A DNA stretch of 64,000 nucleotides from an uncultured virus (IMG/VR IMGVR_UViG_3300009443_000004) (IMGVR_UViG_3300009443_000004:1-64000); one strand, 5' to 3'. Positions 34,382 through 43,403 are shown, counted from the stretch's first letter. Notes: generated from the sequence alone by a model not told the origin. Program-made: numbers and translations.

Positions 34382-36574
34382 CTATTTAATATTTTTAAAA
34401 CCAGACCTTCTTATTTTCTGACCACCTAATGTTCTCCTACGGCCTATATTTTTAAACGCACTGGTATACTTTAATTTACTTATTTTTTCTGAATTTACCA
34501 AAGAATCACCTTCTGATTCACGCCTTTTGGCATAACCTCTATTAGATTGTTGTATTTTGACAAAAGCAACCAACGCTCCAAACGTAACTAACCTATCCAC
34601 GTTAAGACCTGGATAATATGCTAACATTTCTTTTATAAGCATTGGATCTGGTATTCTTTCAACACCTAATGTTTGTGACATAACATTACCTTCATCATCT
34701 AATTTTTCATCTATTGCTTCTCTTATAAATTCTATAGCATAAGAAATTAAATGGCTCTTAAATAACGTTCCTGTATTTTTCCAACCGTATTCTTGATATA
34801 CTGTTCTGTTAGATCCTAAATCTTTTAAGAAAAGTATTTGTTGCTTTGGCACTAAATATCTTTGTTTTTTTCTTGCTATCATATGTTGAATAAATAATGA
34901 TATATTATTCTCAACAATAGTCCAAGCATTATACCACTCTATAATTAATTCAAGTCTTTCATGTGTTTTATTAATATCATCAAACCTTCCACACCAAGCA
35001 GCTACTATCTTATCTCCTTCTACAAATACCTCAGTATCACCTGATACGGTTGTTCTAGTTACCTCAGTAGCATTTTTATATATGAATATACTACACAAAG
35101 AATCAGATGTAGTTGTTTTACCTTCTGATACAGGGTCAATAGAACCATAGTATTGGCCAAATTCCGGACGTTTACTAGCAGGTCTTTCCCACACTACTAT
35201 AGTTCCAGTTTTATCTGTCATTTTTTTATTTACGGGGAATTCAGTAATTGGTGCCTTGTTAGTTCTTTTAGCCACTATACCTTCTTGATCTCTATCTAAT
35301 TCAATTAGCTCATATGCATATTCTTTTTCTTCTATCTTTTTCATTTGTTTAGATAAAATACCTTGTGGAAATACAGAAGCTTTTCTATATGCAAATGCTT
35401 CTGCTATGTTTAAAGGTTTCTGAGATATTCTTAATTGATATTGTTCAGGTCCTAATTCTGCTTTCCATCTTTCTCTTTCTCTTACAATAGCCTCTATAGC
35501 TTCCTCAATTTGTGAATTACCCCAGCTATCAATGTATGGTGGCATTGACCATTGCTCAGGAATAAATAATCCAGCCATTCCTATAGTGCCTTCTGCATCT
35601 ATAAGGTTAGTTTCTACTGCATATATATCATTGGCAGTAGGATTCATTATCATTTCTTTTAATGGGTTACATTGTTCTAAATCACCCACAGATCCTGCAG
35701 CAATAAACATACCTGTTGTCATCATACCTGAAGACATTGCAGGACGCAAGTACTCATACGTTTGCATCATCTTAGGGGCAATACCTGCTTCCTCATGAAA
35801 GAAATAAGTAGTAGGTCCACCTACACCAGATGTAGCATTCTTTTCAAATGATGCACCTTGTATCTTTGACTTTAATCCTCTAGATGTTTTTCTATTACCT
35901 ACTTTAACTTCTATTTGCTGTTGCCATAAAAGAACTTTCTCAGGATTACTTGGCCTATACCAAGCTGTATGTTCATTAAGAAAAGTTTTATATTCATCTA
36001 AAAACTTCCAAGAACCTTTATCATTTATATAATCTTTTAATGATGCACCAATCTTACATGTACTACCTTCTTCAAACCAATAGGTATTTATAATCTTTCC
36101 CATATGAAAATATGAAGAAGCTATCTGACGTTTTTTAAGTATAGCTGAATGCTGATTGTTTAACTCTGCAAGTATTTCATACAATGCCATGTGATATTGT
36201 GCATCACGTACTTTGGCAAACCCATATTTTTTTTCTTCTTTATCAAAGATTGGTAAAAAATTTAACCACATATAATAGTCTCTGGTAAGATACCAAATCT
36301 TATTATTATTTTTATATATTACCCCTTCTCTACATTTATTTTTTTGGTCATCCCAGTATGCCATAAAATCCTTTGATCTAAAAGGAGAACTACAATACAA
36401 ACCTTCTTTATTAAATCTCCTTGCTTCAGCATTAAATATTAAACTTGTTTCATCAAATTCATACTTGCCAGGTTCTTTAAATATCTCAAAAATAAACTCA
36501 TGAAAATCTTCATCATTAGAAAATTCTGTAGATGTCCAATTATCATTTTCATATGTAGGTATAATCCTACTCAT
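34382..36574 (-). CDS. terL: Terminase large subunit
   Basis: LKKRQIASS (Walker A-like), FFHEEAG (Walker B), GSIDPV...DS nuclease motif. Confidence 0.9.
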   Translation of the reverse strand: MSRIIPTYENDNWTSTEFSNDEDFHEFIFEIFKEPGKYEFDETSLIFNAEARRFNKEGLYCSSPFRSKDFMAYWDDQKNKCREGVIYKNNNKIWYLTRDYYMWLNFLPIFDKEEKKYGFAKVRDAQYHMALYEILAELNNQHSAILKKRQIASSYFHMGKIINTYWFEEGSTCKIGASLKDYINDKGSWKFLDEYKTFLNEHTAWYRPSNPEKVLLWQQQIEVKVGNRKTSRGLKSKIQGASFEKNATSGVGGPTTYFFHEEAGIAPKMMQTYEYLRPAMSSGMMTTGMFIAAGSVGDLEQCNPLKEMIMNPTANDIYAVETNLIDAEGTIGMAGLFIPEQWSMPPYIDSWGNSQIEEAIEAIVRERERWKAELGPEQYQLRISQKPLNIAEAFAYRKASVFPQGILSKQMKKIEEKEYAYELIELDRDQEGIVAKRTNKAPITEFPVNKKMTDKTGTIVVWERPASKRPEFGQYYGSIDPVSEGKTTTSDSLCSIFIYKNATEVTRTTVSGDTEVFVEGDKIVAAWCGRFDDINKTHERLELIIEWYNAWTIVENNISLFIQHMIARKKQRYLVPKQQILFLKDLGSNRTVYQEYGWKNTGTLFKSHLISYAIEFIREAIDEKLDDEGNVMSQTLGVERIPDPMLIKEMLAYYPGLNVDRLVTFGALVAFVKIQQSNRGYAKRRESEGDSLVNSEKISKLKYTSAFKNIGRRRTLGGQKIRRSGFKNIK

Positions 36575-36845
36575 CTCTTATGATGGCATATACATCACCA
36601 AACTGTAACAACAAATGCTCTTCACCATTATGAGGCATTGGTGTTGGCATAGCATGATCTGCATAATGCACTACATCTCCTATTTGTATTTCTTCTACTT
36701 GATCTCCTTTACCTACAACAACCCCTTGAAATGTCTTTTTCTGAGCCATTTCTGGTAAATATAATCCTGATGCTGTCTTAGTCTCAGGTTTAATTTCTTT
36801 AATTAACAGTTTTTTTCCAACTGGTATAATTACTTTGTTTTTCAT
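36567..36845 (-). CDS. groES: Co-chaperonin GroES-like
   Basis: IIPVGKKLLI..ETKTASGLYLP..GVVVGKG..GDVV. Confidence 0.9.
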   Translation of the reverse strand: MKNKVIIPVGKKLLIKEIKPETKTASGLYLPEMAQKKTFQGVVVGKGDQVEEIQIGDVVHYADHAMPTPMPHNGEEHLLLQFGDVYAIIRDE

Positions 36846-36864
36846 TTAATTAAATTTTATTGAT

Positions 36865-37383
36865 TTATAATTGATCATATGCCAATCCTGCACCACCACG
36901 CACAGAACTCTCTTGTTCTTGTTGCATGTCTGTATATGCACCTTTGTATGATTGTCTAATTTGTTCAAACTTTGCAGCAGCATTTATCATAGAGTTCATA
37001 TTACCGTCTCTACCATGCTCAATAGGGGTTACCTCCATATACTGTGCTAATCTGTCTAACATGGCTTTAATGCCTACGTATGCCCTATATGTAGGAGTTT
37101 CATACATCTTCTTGCACATATCTAATGCATATCTTATTTTACCATCTTCAGGAGATTCTTCTAATCCTATTTCTTCTATTATAATATCTTCCTTCTCATG
37201 TTCAGGCAAATTAAAAAACGGATTTAAATCAGGGTTAGGGCAAGACATATAAAAAATATATTGATATACCTGCATATTAGTATCAGGATATTCCGTCATT
37301 ATATTTTTTAAAAATGGTAATGAGTAACAATGTTCTGTTAATACTAATTTACTATTCTGTATATCAAATAATTTTACTATCAT
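36865..37383 (-). CDS. Conserved hypothetical protein (possible terminase small subunit)
   Basis: 172 aa near terL; function inferred from position only. Confidence 0.4.
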   Translation of the reverse strand: MIVKLFDIQNSKLVLTEHCYSLPFLKNIMTEYPDTNMQVYQYIFYMSCPNPDLNPFFNLPEHEKEDIIIEEIGLEESPEDGKIRYALDMCKKMYETPTYRAYVGIKAMLDRLAQYMEVTPIEHGRDGNMNSMINAAAKFEQIRQSYKGAYTDMQQEQESSVRGGAGLAYDQL

Positions 37384-37634
37384 GCTTTTTTAGGTTTAGT
37401 TATTTCTTTCTTTAATTGATCATATGCCACTACAAGTATAATTGGTTTGCTTTGTCCAAACAATAATACTTCAGTATGTGTATTTTGAAACTTATCTGTT
37501 GCTACATGAAAGTATTCTTTAAACCATACTACTTTATCTAGATCTATACATATTTTTGTTTCTTCAAATCTAAAGTCTGTAGGTACTTTTGACTTTAATG
37601 ATTGTATTTCTACTGCTGCTATATATTCTTTCAT
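37380..37634 (-). CDS. Hypothetical protein
   Basis: 84-aa coupled ORF. Confidence 0.6.
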   Translation of the reverse strand: MKEYIAAVEIQSLKSKVPTDFRFEETKICIDLDKVVWFKEYFHVATDKFQNTHTEVLLFGQSKPIILVVAYDQLKKEITKPKKA

Positions 37635-38446
37635 TATTGATTATCTTTTAGCCACATTATTAAAGATCTAACTTCATCTTTTAAATATGGTAATTCATAC
37701 ATTTTTATTGTATCTAATACTGGTTCACCATCAACATGTTCATTGATTGGATATCCATTTTTATCCTCACCTACTTGTTTAAACTTAACATGTTGTATAA
37801 TTAGTTTTCCAATCTTTAATTTAGGGTTATGCTTCTTAATAATATACGCATAAATACTCAATTGTAAGTTATAATGATTAAGGTTACAATCATCTAAATG
37901 ATTTACAGGCCTAAACATTTTATTAGTTATTCCTTCCCAATTAGTGAATCCTTTATCTTTAATTTCTTTATTTGTTTTGTAATCAGTTATGTTTATATAA
38001 CCATTTACAACTTCCACTAAATCAGCTTGACCACAAATAGCAGCAGACTTAAGATATACTAAATGTTCTGGATATACTCCTTCTTCTAATTTCTGCTCTG
38101 GTGCAATTTTTACTCCAGAGGTATCTACCAATGGTTTTATAATAGGCACTTCTGTTCCATACTTTTGAATTGTTTCAAACTCAAGTATATCTGCTTCTCT
38201 TTGATTATGATAAAAATTACCTAGCTTGATTGCTCTATCTGTCTCCCCATCCCATGCAGCTATTATTTCTTTGGGTGTCATACCATACCATTTTGATCTT
38301 TTGTTCTTAGATGATTTAACTGCCTGACCATCTCTGTCAAACTTGGGTTTAAATTTTCCAACTAAAGAAGTAACACTTAACCAATCTATTTTATCTTGAT
38401 CAATGCTTTCATATACGTGTCCTTCTTCTTTAAATAATATTGCCAT
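37634..38446 (-). CDS. PD-(D/E)XK nuclease
   Basis: SVTS, GQADLV, ITDYKT, YNLQLSIY motifs. Confidence 0.85.
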   Translation of the reverse strand: MAILFKEEGHVYESIDQDKIDWLSVTSLVGKFKPKFDRDGQAVKSSKNKRSKWYGMTPKEIIAAWDGETDRAIKLGNFYHNQREADILEFETIQKYGTEVPIIKPLVDTSGVKIAPEQKLEEGVYPEHLVYLKSAAICGQADLVEVVNGYINITDYKTNKEIKDKGFTNWEGITNKMFRPVNHLDDCNLNHYNLQLSIYAYIIKKHNPKLKIGKLIIQHVKFKQVGEDKNGYPINEHVDGEPVLDTIKMYELPYLKDEVRSLIMWLKDNQ

Positions 38447-38637
38447 TAGTCTGTAATATTAGTAGTCCACATATTCCCATAAGGCATAGGTGTATGCACT
38501 TCCTGTTCAGGTACATGAACGTTATAGATTATTGTTTTAGCAGGCTCCAACAATGTTATTGCTTCTTCTGCAGTTATTTGTTCTTCAGCTAGTAGTTCAC
38601 CTACTATTTGAGCTTTAGTTAGTTTGTCCATTTTCAA
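38446..38637 (-). CDS. Hypothetical protein
   Basis: Short ORF in operon. Confidence 0.5.
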   Translation of the reverse strand: MKMDKLTKAQIVGELLAEEQITAEEAITLLEPAKTIIYNVHVPEQEVHTPMPYGNMWTTNITD

Positions 38638-38944
38638 TTTGTTTATTAATTAATTCTTCTTGCTCTTCTGATGTTATTGCATGCCATTTTCCCTTTGGAC
38701 AATCAGAAGATAATGATCTTACTTTAAATGCTAAACTACACCCACAATCTGAACAACAAGGTTGTGTTCCAGGTGCCATACATTTATCACCTCCTGCGTC
38801 AAATAAAATACAATTTAAACATGTCTGGAATCTTTTATCAGCTATTGCTTCAATATGCTCTTTCTTAAATATATTGTTTTTAATACCTTCTGCAATTTTA
38901 TCTGCATTTTTAAAAACATCTAAATACTTTTTCCAGTTAGCCAT
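38615..38944 (-). CDS. Cys-rich Zn-binding hypothetical protein
   Basis: CxxC...CCxxCGC...CPKGKW. Confidence 0.65.
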   Translation of the reverse strand: MANWKKYLDVFKNADKIAEGIKNNIFKKEHIEAIADKRFQTCLNCILFDAGGDKCMAPGTQPCCSDCGCSLAFKVRSLSSDCPKGKWHAITSEEQEELINKQIENGQTN

Positions 38945-39293
38945 TTTTTTTAAAATTTTCTTTTTTTAGCATATCATCATGGATTTGTTTCATTGCACTT
39001 TCCATCTGCTCAATATTGGTTTTTATATCCTCACTTTTTGCATAACCATTGTAAGTTCTTTTAGCAATATTACCTAATAGACTTTTATTCTTTTTTATTG
39101 CCTTGTTTAACTTAGATTTTCTTAACTCAAATGTTCCTAATCCCTCTACATAAACTCTTGGGAAACTTAAATCAGAAAGTTTTCTTCTTAACTTTGCATA
39201 ATAAAAAGTTATAAAATCTTCTACTACTTGAGGATGTACTTCAACTTCCTCAGCTATATTCTTTCTAAACTCCTTGTGTGACTTGGGATGCAT
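38937..39293 (-). CDS. IHF/HU-like protein
   Basis: VYVEGLGTFELR signature. Confidence 0.7.
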   Translation of the reverse strand: MHPKSHKEFRKNIAEEVEVHPQVVEDFITFYYAKLRRKLSDLSFPRVYVEGLGTFELRKSKLNKAIKKNKSLLGNIAKRTYNGYAKSEDIKTNIEQMESAMKQIHDDMLKKENFKKNG

Positions 39294-39645
39294 TGCCTAA
39301 AATTTTATAATCAAGTAATACTAATCCTTCTGTCTGAATATTAATAGCTGGTTTAATGGTAATTGTTTTTTTATTATTCCCTTTTTTACTAAGCAAACCT
39401 TTTCTTTCTGCCTTTGTTATTGCATTTCTAGCAGACTGAGGACTCTTAAAAATATTCATATTAACTAATGTTAAACAAAACTTAGTTAATTCAATACTTG
39501 GAGTTTTAGATAGTTCACATAAAAACTTTAAATCAGAATTAGTTACTAATATATCATTAAAGAAACAATAAGTAAGTATCTGATACTTTATTGATTCATC
39601 AATATTAACTTTTAATTTTAAATCTACTTTTTTTACTATTGCCAT
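39265..39645 (-). CDS. Hypothetical protein (possible winged HTH)
   Basis: 126 aa; SPQSARNAITKAERKGLL. Confidence 0.5.
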   Translation of the reverse strand: MAIVKKVDLKLKVNIDESIKYQILTYCFFNDILVTNSDLKFLCELSKTPSIELTKFCLTLVNMNIFKSPQSARNAITKAERKGLLSKKGNNKKTITIKPAINIQTEGLVLLDYKILGNASQVTQGV

Positions 39646-39646
39646 T

Positions 39647-40570
39647 TTATAAACTCATTATCATATCAACCATATCTGGATGTGGATATATATCTGACTT
39701 ACCTGTTCTCACATTACCGTGAGTTAATAAACCTCTTACCTTTCCATAATATGCATCCTCTTGAAAATCAAAACCTTTAGATGGACCATATTTCTTGATA
39801 TATTGTTTTAAACCTAATCTTATATCTACACCATCTCTTTCACCTACCCACTTGATCCACTTTTCTGTGGCTTTGATTTGTTCTTCTGTGTAGTTATGCC
39901 AGTGTAGTTTATCCTTAAAATGTTCAGGTAGCTCACATACTTGTTCTTCCTGACATACTGAACCTACATATGTTTTCATTGTTTTACTATCTAAGTATCC
40001 CATGTTACATATTTCAATTCCTACTGAATGCCTGTTCATATATCCTGATCCAGTCTTACCTAAATGAAATCCTTGTGCTCCTGTAGGAAATGCTTGTACC
40101 ATGACACCATTATATTCATCATTACCATTCCTGTGATTGATACCTCCTAATACAAATTCAGTTGCAATGCGTCCCCTGCTATCTCTTCCCCAGTGATCAA
40201 TGCATCTATAAGGATTAGCATTACCTGCAGTATGATGTAAAAAGATATAATGATTACTAACGGGTCCTTCTACATATTCCCCTTTAGGTAAATAATGCTT
40301 ATGTATAATTTGATCATAAGGTGTCTCAAACATTTGACCTTGTGTATCAGTATCTTCATCTATTGCTATGGTTAACGCACTTGGTAACTGTAATAAAAGA
40401 GTCCATGTCTCTGCACCTACTATACCATCAGCAGATAAATTATGCATAAGTTGAAACCTTATAACATGTTTTTCTGTTTGTCTTCCAAATATTCCGTCAG
40501 GTTTAATTAAAAGATTTTGTTGTAATGTCTTTACTTCTTGGCCTCTATCACCTTTTTTTAGCATCTTCAT
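39647..40570 (-). CDS. Endolysin: peptidoglycan-binding domain plus N-acetylmuramoyl-L-alanine amidase
   Basis: LKKGDRG..DGIFG..DGIVG PG-binding repeat; LHHTAG, SVGIEIC, TH..KSD amidase_2 motifs. Confidence 0.88.
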   Translation of the reverse strand: MKMLKKGDRGQEVKTLQQNLLIKPDGIFGRQTEKHVIRFQLMHNLSADGIVGAETWTLLLQLPSALTIAIDEDTDTQGQMFETPYDQIIHKHYLPKGEYVEGPVSNHYIFLHHTAGNANPYRCIDHWGRDSRGRIATEFVLGGINHRNGNDEYNGVMVQAFPTGAQGFHLGKTGSGYMNRHSVGIEICNMGYLDSKTMKTYVGSVCQEEQVCELPEHFKDKLHWHNYTEEQIKATEKWIKWVGERDGVDIRLGLKQYIKKYGPSKGFDFQEDAYYGKVRGLLTHGNVRTGKSDIYPHPDMVDMIMSL

Positions 40571-40572
40571 AA

Positions 40573-40866
40573 TTACTCTGCACCTGCTGCCGCTTTTTCC
40601 ATAGCTTCTTTAAAAGCTTTCTCATCTTCACTAGCCTCTCCTGCATTATCTTGTTGTGCTGCGGTTTGTGCCATAAACATTTGAGCTTGCAGTCTTTCAG
40701 CTCTTGCTTTGTCAATAGTAGCTAATAAATCCTCATATTCTGCTTGAACAGTAAGATGTGGAATATTATCTTTATAAAACTGTGTGATTTCTTCTCTACG
40801 CTTAGTAAGTTCTTCTTTACTTAGCTGAGGATCCTTGTTAGGATCTAAATTTTTTACGTCTGCCAT
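40573..40866 (-). CDS. Hypothetical coiled-coil protein
   Basis: 97 aa preceded by TATGTTTG. Confidence 0.6.
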   Translation of the reverse strand: MADVKNLDPNKDPQLSKEELTKRREEITQFYKDNIPHLTVQAEYEDLLATIDKARAERLQAQMFMAQTAAQQDNAGEASEDEKAFKEAMEKAAAGAE

Positions 40867-40944
40867 TTTATTTGGTTTTAAAAATTAAACATATATGCAA
40901 ACATACATAAATAGTTTAACTTAAAAAAGTTTAATGGCTTTTTT

Positions 40945-41199
40945 TTATTCCGTTGGAGGAAATAACGGATTATTTTCTAGTAAAGTAATCATTTCTACTA
41001 CATCCGATTTGATATATGTTTTAAAATTGACGGCATAGTTTTCTACTGGCCAATTATCATCAGTAATAGTGTCACTGGCTGGTGTAATAAAAGGGGAACT
41101 ATTACCTACCAGTTTATAGAACGTATATATTTGAGGATCACAGCATGGATCCTGTACTTGTTTAGTAAAACCTAATTCTATTAAATCTGCTTCTGTCAT
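40945..41199 (-). CDS. Hypothetical protein
   Basis: 84-aa ORF. Confidence 0.55.
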   Translation of the reverse strand: MTEADLIELGFTKQVQDPCCDPQIYTFYKLVGNSSPFITPASDTITDDNWPVENYAVNFKTYIKSDVVEMITLLENNPLFPPTE

Positions 41200-41202
41200 A
41201 AT

Positions 41203-41493
41203 CTACCATTTTACTTTGTCTGCCCAATATGCTGCACTCATTTTACCTTTAGCTATATTTTTACCATGTCTAGCTTTAAAGCTCTTACGTCTAGCCTTTT
41301 GCTTTGCTGACTCACCGGCTTTAGGCTTACCTGCTGTCTTTACACCCTGTTGACCAAATCTAATTGTCTTTACTTTATCTCCCACCTTAGCTACCACTAC
41401 GTGAGACTTCTTTGGGTGTGACGGAGTACGTTTAGGTTTATTATAACCTGATACCCCTGCTTTTGTTAGTCTACTATCTTTCTTTGCTGCCAT
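41203..41493 (-). CDS. Small basic protein of a family common in aquatic phages
   Basis: KTIRFGQQG...RRKSFKARH..SAAYWADKVKW. Confidence 0.7.
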   Translation of the reverse strand: MAAKKDSRLTKAGVSGYNKPKRTPSHPKKSHVVVAKVGDKVKTIRFGQQGVKTAGKPKAGESAKQKARRKSFKARHGKNIAKGKMSAAYWADKVKW

Positions 41494-41735
41494 TATCTTT
41501 TCTTTCCTTTATGCAATCCGTGAGATGCGTGTTGTTTACCTTTTTTAGTTGCAGCACGCTTCTTTTTATTAGCTGCAGCTAGCTTAGCCTTACCCTTTTT
41601 AGTGCTCTTTAACTTATCAATAGTTTTCTTTGGTGCATATACCTCACCTGTTTCAGAACTTTTCTTTCCTGATGCAGTTGTCCATTTCTGTTTGGTCCAT
41701 CTAGTAAGACTTTTTTGTTGTTTTGTTTTTGCCAT
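41493..41735 (-). CDS. Small basic protein (C-terminal half of DUF5872-like family)
   Basis: QKSLTRWTKQKWTT..YAPKK. Confidence 0.6.
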   Translation of the reverse strand: MAKTKQQKSLTRWTKQKWTTASGKKSSETGEVYAPKKTIDKLKSTKKGKAKLAAANKKKRAATKKGKQHASHGLHKGKKR

Positions 41736-41746
41736 TATCTTGCAAA

Positions 41747-41944
41747 TTACTTTTTACTTTTATATCCGCCTCCGTTTGCTTTATACCTTTTTGCAAGCAT
41801 TTGAGCTTTACGTGCTGACCACTGTCCCGGTGCTCCTCCTTTACCTCCAGCCTTGATGGAATTAAATAACCTTTTACGCATTCCCGGTTTAGTATAGTTT
41901 CCAGAACTATTTACTGTGCTTTTCTTTTTTTTCTTTACTGCCAT
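41747..41944 (-). CDS. Small basic protein (N-terminal half of DUF5872-like family)
   Basis: YTKP..GGKGGAPGQWSARKAQMLAKRYKANGGGY. Confidence 0.65.
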   Translation of the reverse strand: MAVKKKKKSTVNSSGNYTKPGMRKRLFNSIKAGGKGGAPGQWSARKAQMLAKRYKANGGGYKSKK

Positions 41945-41946
41945 AA

Positions 41947-42267
41947 CTAATTATTTATACATTCTGGATACGCCCTATTCATTATGTCTCTAATTTTAGC
42001 ACACCTTTCATACTCTTCAATTTCTATATAGTACGCTAACATATTTTCAAATTCGGTTAGTTCAGGACCATTGTCAGGATCAAACGCCAGTACGGCCTCA
42101 TGACCCTTCTTAAACTTCTTAATCATTAACTCTTCAAATGTTATCTGATTAGTTAATACTAGAAAAGAGTTCTCATATGCTGTCTCAAGTAGTATTGCAT
42201 CTAATTGCATTTGTTCTATTTCACTCAGCCCGTGATCTTCTCCATTATTGTCATCCCATTGTCCCAT
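41947..42267 (-). CDS. Hypothetical protein with C-terminal UVR (UvrB/C) motif
   Basis: EEYERCAKIRD. Confidence 0.6.
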   Translation of the reverse strand: MGQWDDNNGEDHGLSEIEQMQLDAILLETAYENSFLVLTNQITFEELMIKKFKKGHEAVLAFDPDNGPELTEFENMLAYYIEIEEYERCAKIRDIMNRAYPECINN

Positions 42268-42436
42268 ATTCTATTATTTAAGTTACACTGCGTCTATAAG
42301 AACAATATACTAAATTCCCCCAACCTATAAAAACTTTTGACTCAGAACATAGCCCCCACCTGATTAAAAAAATTTTATATCCCCCCACCGGTCCTGGCAA
42401 AATTATGTATTTGGCATAGGTGAGACCCTATATAAA

Positions 42437-42458
42437 ACTGCTCCCCGCCTAATGTTTG
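42437..42458 (+). promoter_or_regulatory. Phage promoter-like motif copy 1 (variant)
   Basis: ACTGCTCCCCGCC-TAATG-TTTG, upstream of the first plus-strand gene. Confidence 0.5.
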
Positions 42459-42517
42459 TGGTTGGGTCACCCCCCGTAATTATCCACACTTAATTAATTA
42501 ACTTAATACTTTTACAA

Positions 42518-42847
42518 ATGGTTTACTTTAGAAAACTAAACATCAATGAGTCTACTGGCTCAGCAACAATCATTGTGAGCTCTGCTCCAATGTCACAGAA
42601 ACAAACTACACTTGCTGGTTTGTCTGTGGGAACAAGAACTCAAGGAAACATCTCCTTTGGTGTTCTTTCACTAATAGACCCTGAAACTAATCAGGTGATG
42701 CGTAGTGACCACCCTACAATCAAACAGCTTGGAGCTAAGTTGAATGTAGGTGATGAGCTACCTAACTTCAAACTGTCTGACCAAAAGGTTGTCAACCTAC
42801 AGACTGGTGAGGAGAATGAGAACCTCTTCTGGGTTGAACAAGCCTAG
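42518..42847 (+). CDS. Early hypothetical protein, paralog A
   Basis: About 70% identical to 43404..43742 by manual alignment. Confidence 0.85.
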   Translation: MVYFRKLNINESTGSATIIVSSAPMSQKQTTLAGLSVGTRTQGNISFGVLSLIDPETNQVMRSDHPTIKQLGAKLNVGDELPNFKLSDQKVVNLQTGEENENLFWVEQA

Positions 42848-42856
42848 ATGAAGTAC

Positions 42857-42889
42857 AGGGGTGTGTGTAACAGCACACCTCTTTTTTTT
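42857..42889 (+). terminator. Intrinsic terminator
   Basis: GGTGTG-TGTAACAG-CACACC followed by a T-run. Confidence 0.8.
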
Positions 42890-42921
42890 AACTAAAAGCT
42901 GGAGAGCGTACTCACTAAATT

Positions 42922-43140
42922 ATGGAAAACAGATTGTACAAAATGCATCACAAGATAAAACTACAACTTGATGCTATCTGCCAAGAGGCAGGAGATATGA
43001 ATGTAGAAGAGTTTATGAAAGTGTATGAATCACTTAAACAAAAGGCTACTAAACCTAAACTAACAGGCATTGACCGTAGATTTCAAGAAGATATGATTGA
43101 TGCAGAGTTTAGTGAGATGGATATGATGGATGAATGGTAG
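42922..43140 (+). CDS. Hypothetical protein
   Basis: 72 aa followed by a terminator. Confidence 0.6.
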   Translation: MENRLYKMHHKIKLQLDAICQEAGDMNVEEFMKVYESLKQKATKPKLTGIDRRFQEDMIDAEFSEMDMMDEW

Positions 43141-43146
43141 TAAATA

Positions 43147-43175
43147 AAGGTGTGTGTAAAAGCACATCTTTTTTT
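43147..43175 (+). terminator. Intrinsic terminator
   Basis: AAGGTGTG-TGTAAAAG-CACATCTT plus T-run. Confidence 0.75.
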
Positions 43176-43180
43176 AAACA

Positions 43181-43202
43181 ACTGCTCCCTTCCCATAATA
43201 TG
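43181..43202 (+). promoter_or_regulatory. Phage promoter-like motif copy 2
   Basis: ACTGCTCCCTTCC-CATAA-TATG. Confidence 0.65.
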
Positions 43203-43297
43203 TACTGGGAATGCATCCTGGGGAAGCAAGGCCTGCGGAGGCTACTGCTTAATACACCTACCAGAGGAGGTTCTACGGATGCACCAGTACTTTTTTT
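43202..43297 (+). ncRNA. Candidate small structured ncRNA (three-way junction)
   Basis: GTACTGG/CCAGTAC and TGCATCC/GGATGCA closing stems, two inner hairpins, promoter motif upstream and T7 downstream. Confidence 0.6.
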
Positions 43298-43346
43298 ACT
43301 TTAACTGCTACTGCTCATACAATCTTATACCATCCATATAACTTTC

Positions 43347-43368
43347 ACTGCTCCCTTCCTTTCTTATG
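43347..43368 (+). promoter_or_regulatory. Phage promoter-like motif copy 3
   Basis: ACTGCTCCCTTCC-TTTCT-TATG. Confidence 0.65.
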
Positions 43369-43403
43369 CAAATATTTATTAATCATTAATTATAATTAAA
43401 ATT

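Noticed and set aside
34382..36574. Intron or intein in terminase, MCP or helicases
   Set aside because: ORFs are continuous and of ordinary size, with no intein or homing-endonuclease motifs seen
1559..41856. Many short plus-strand ORFs in the structural arm (e.g. 13871, 16441, 18361, 27669, 31047)
   Set aside because: Antisense shadows of long, well-supported minus-strand genes
43150..43341. 63-aa ORF in the track
   Set aside because: Starts at a GTG inside a terminator hairpin, spans the promoter motif and structured RNA, and has atypical composition
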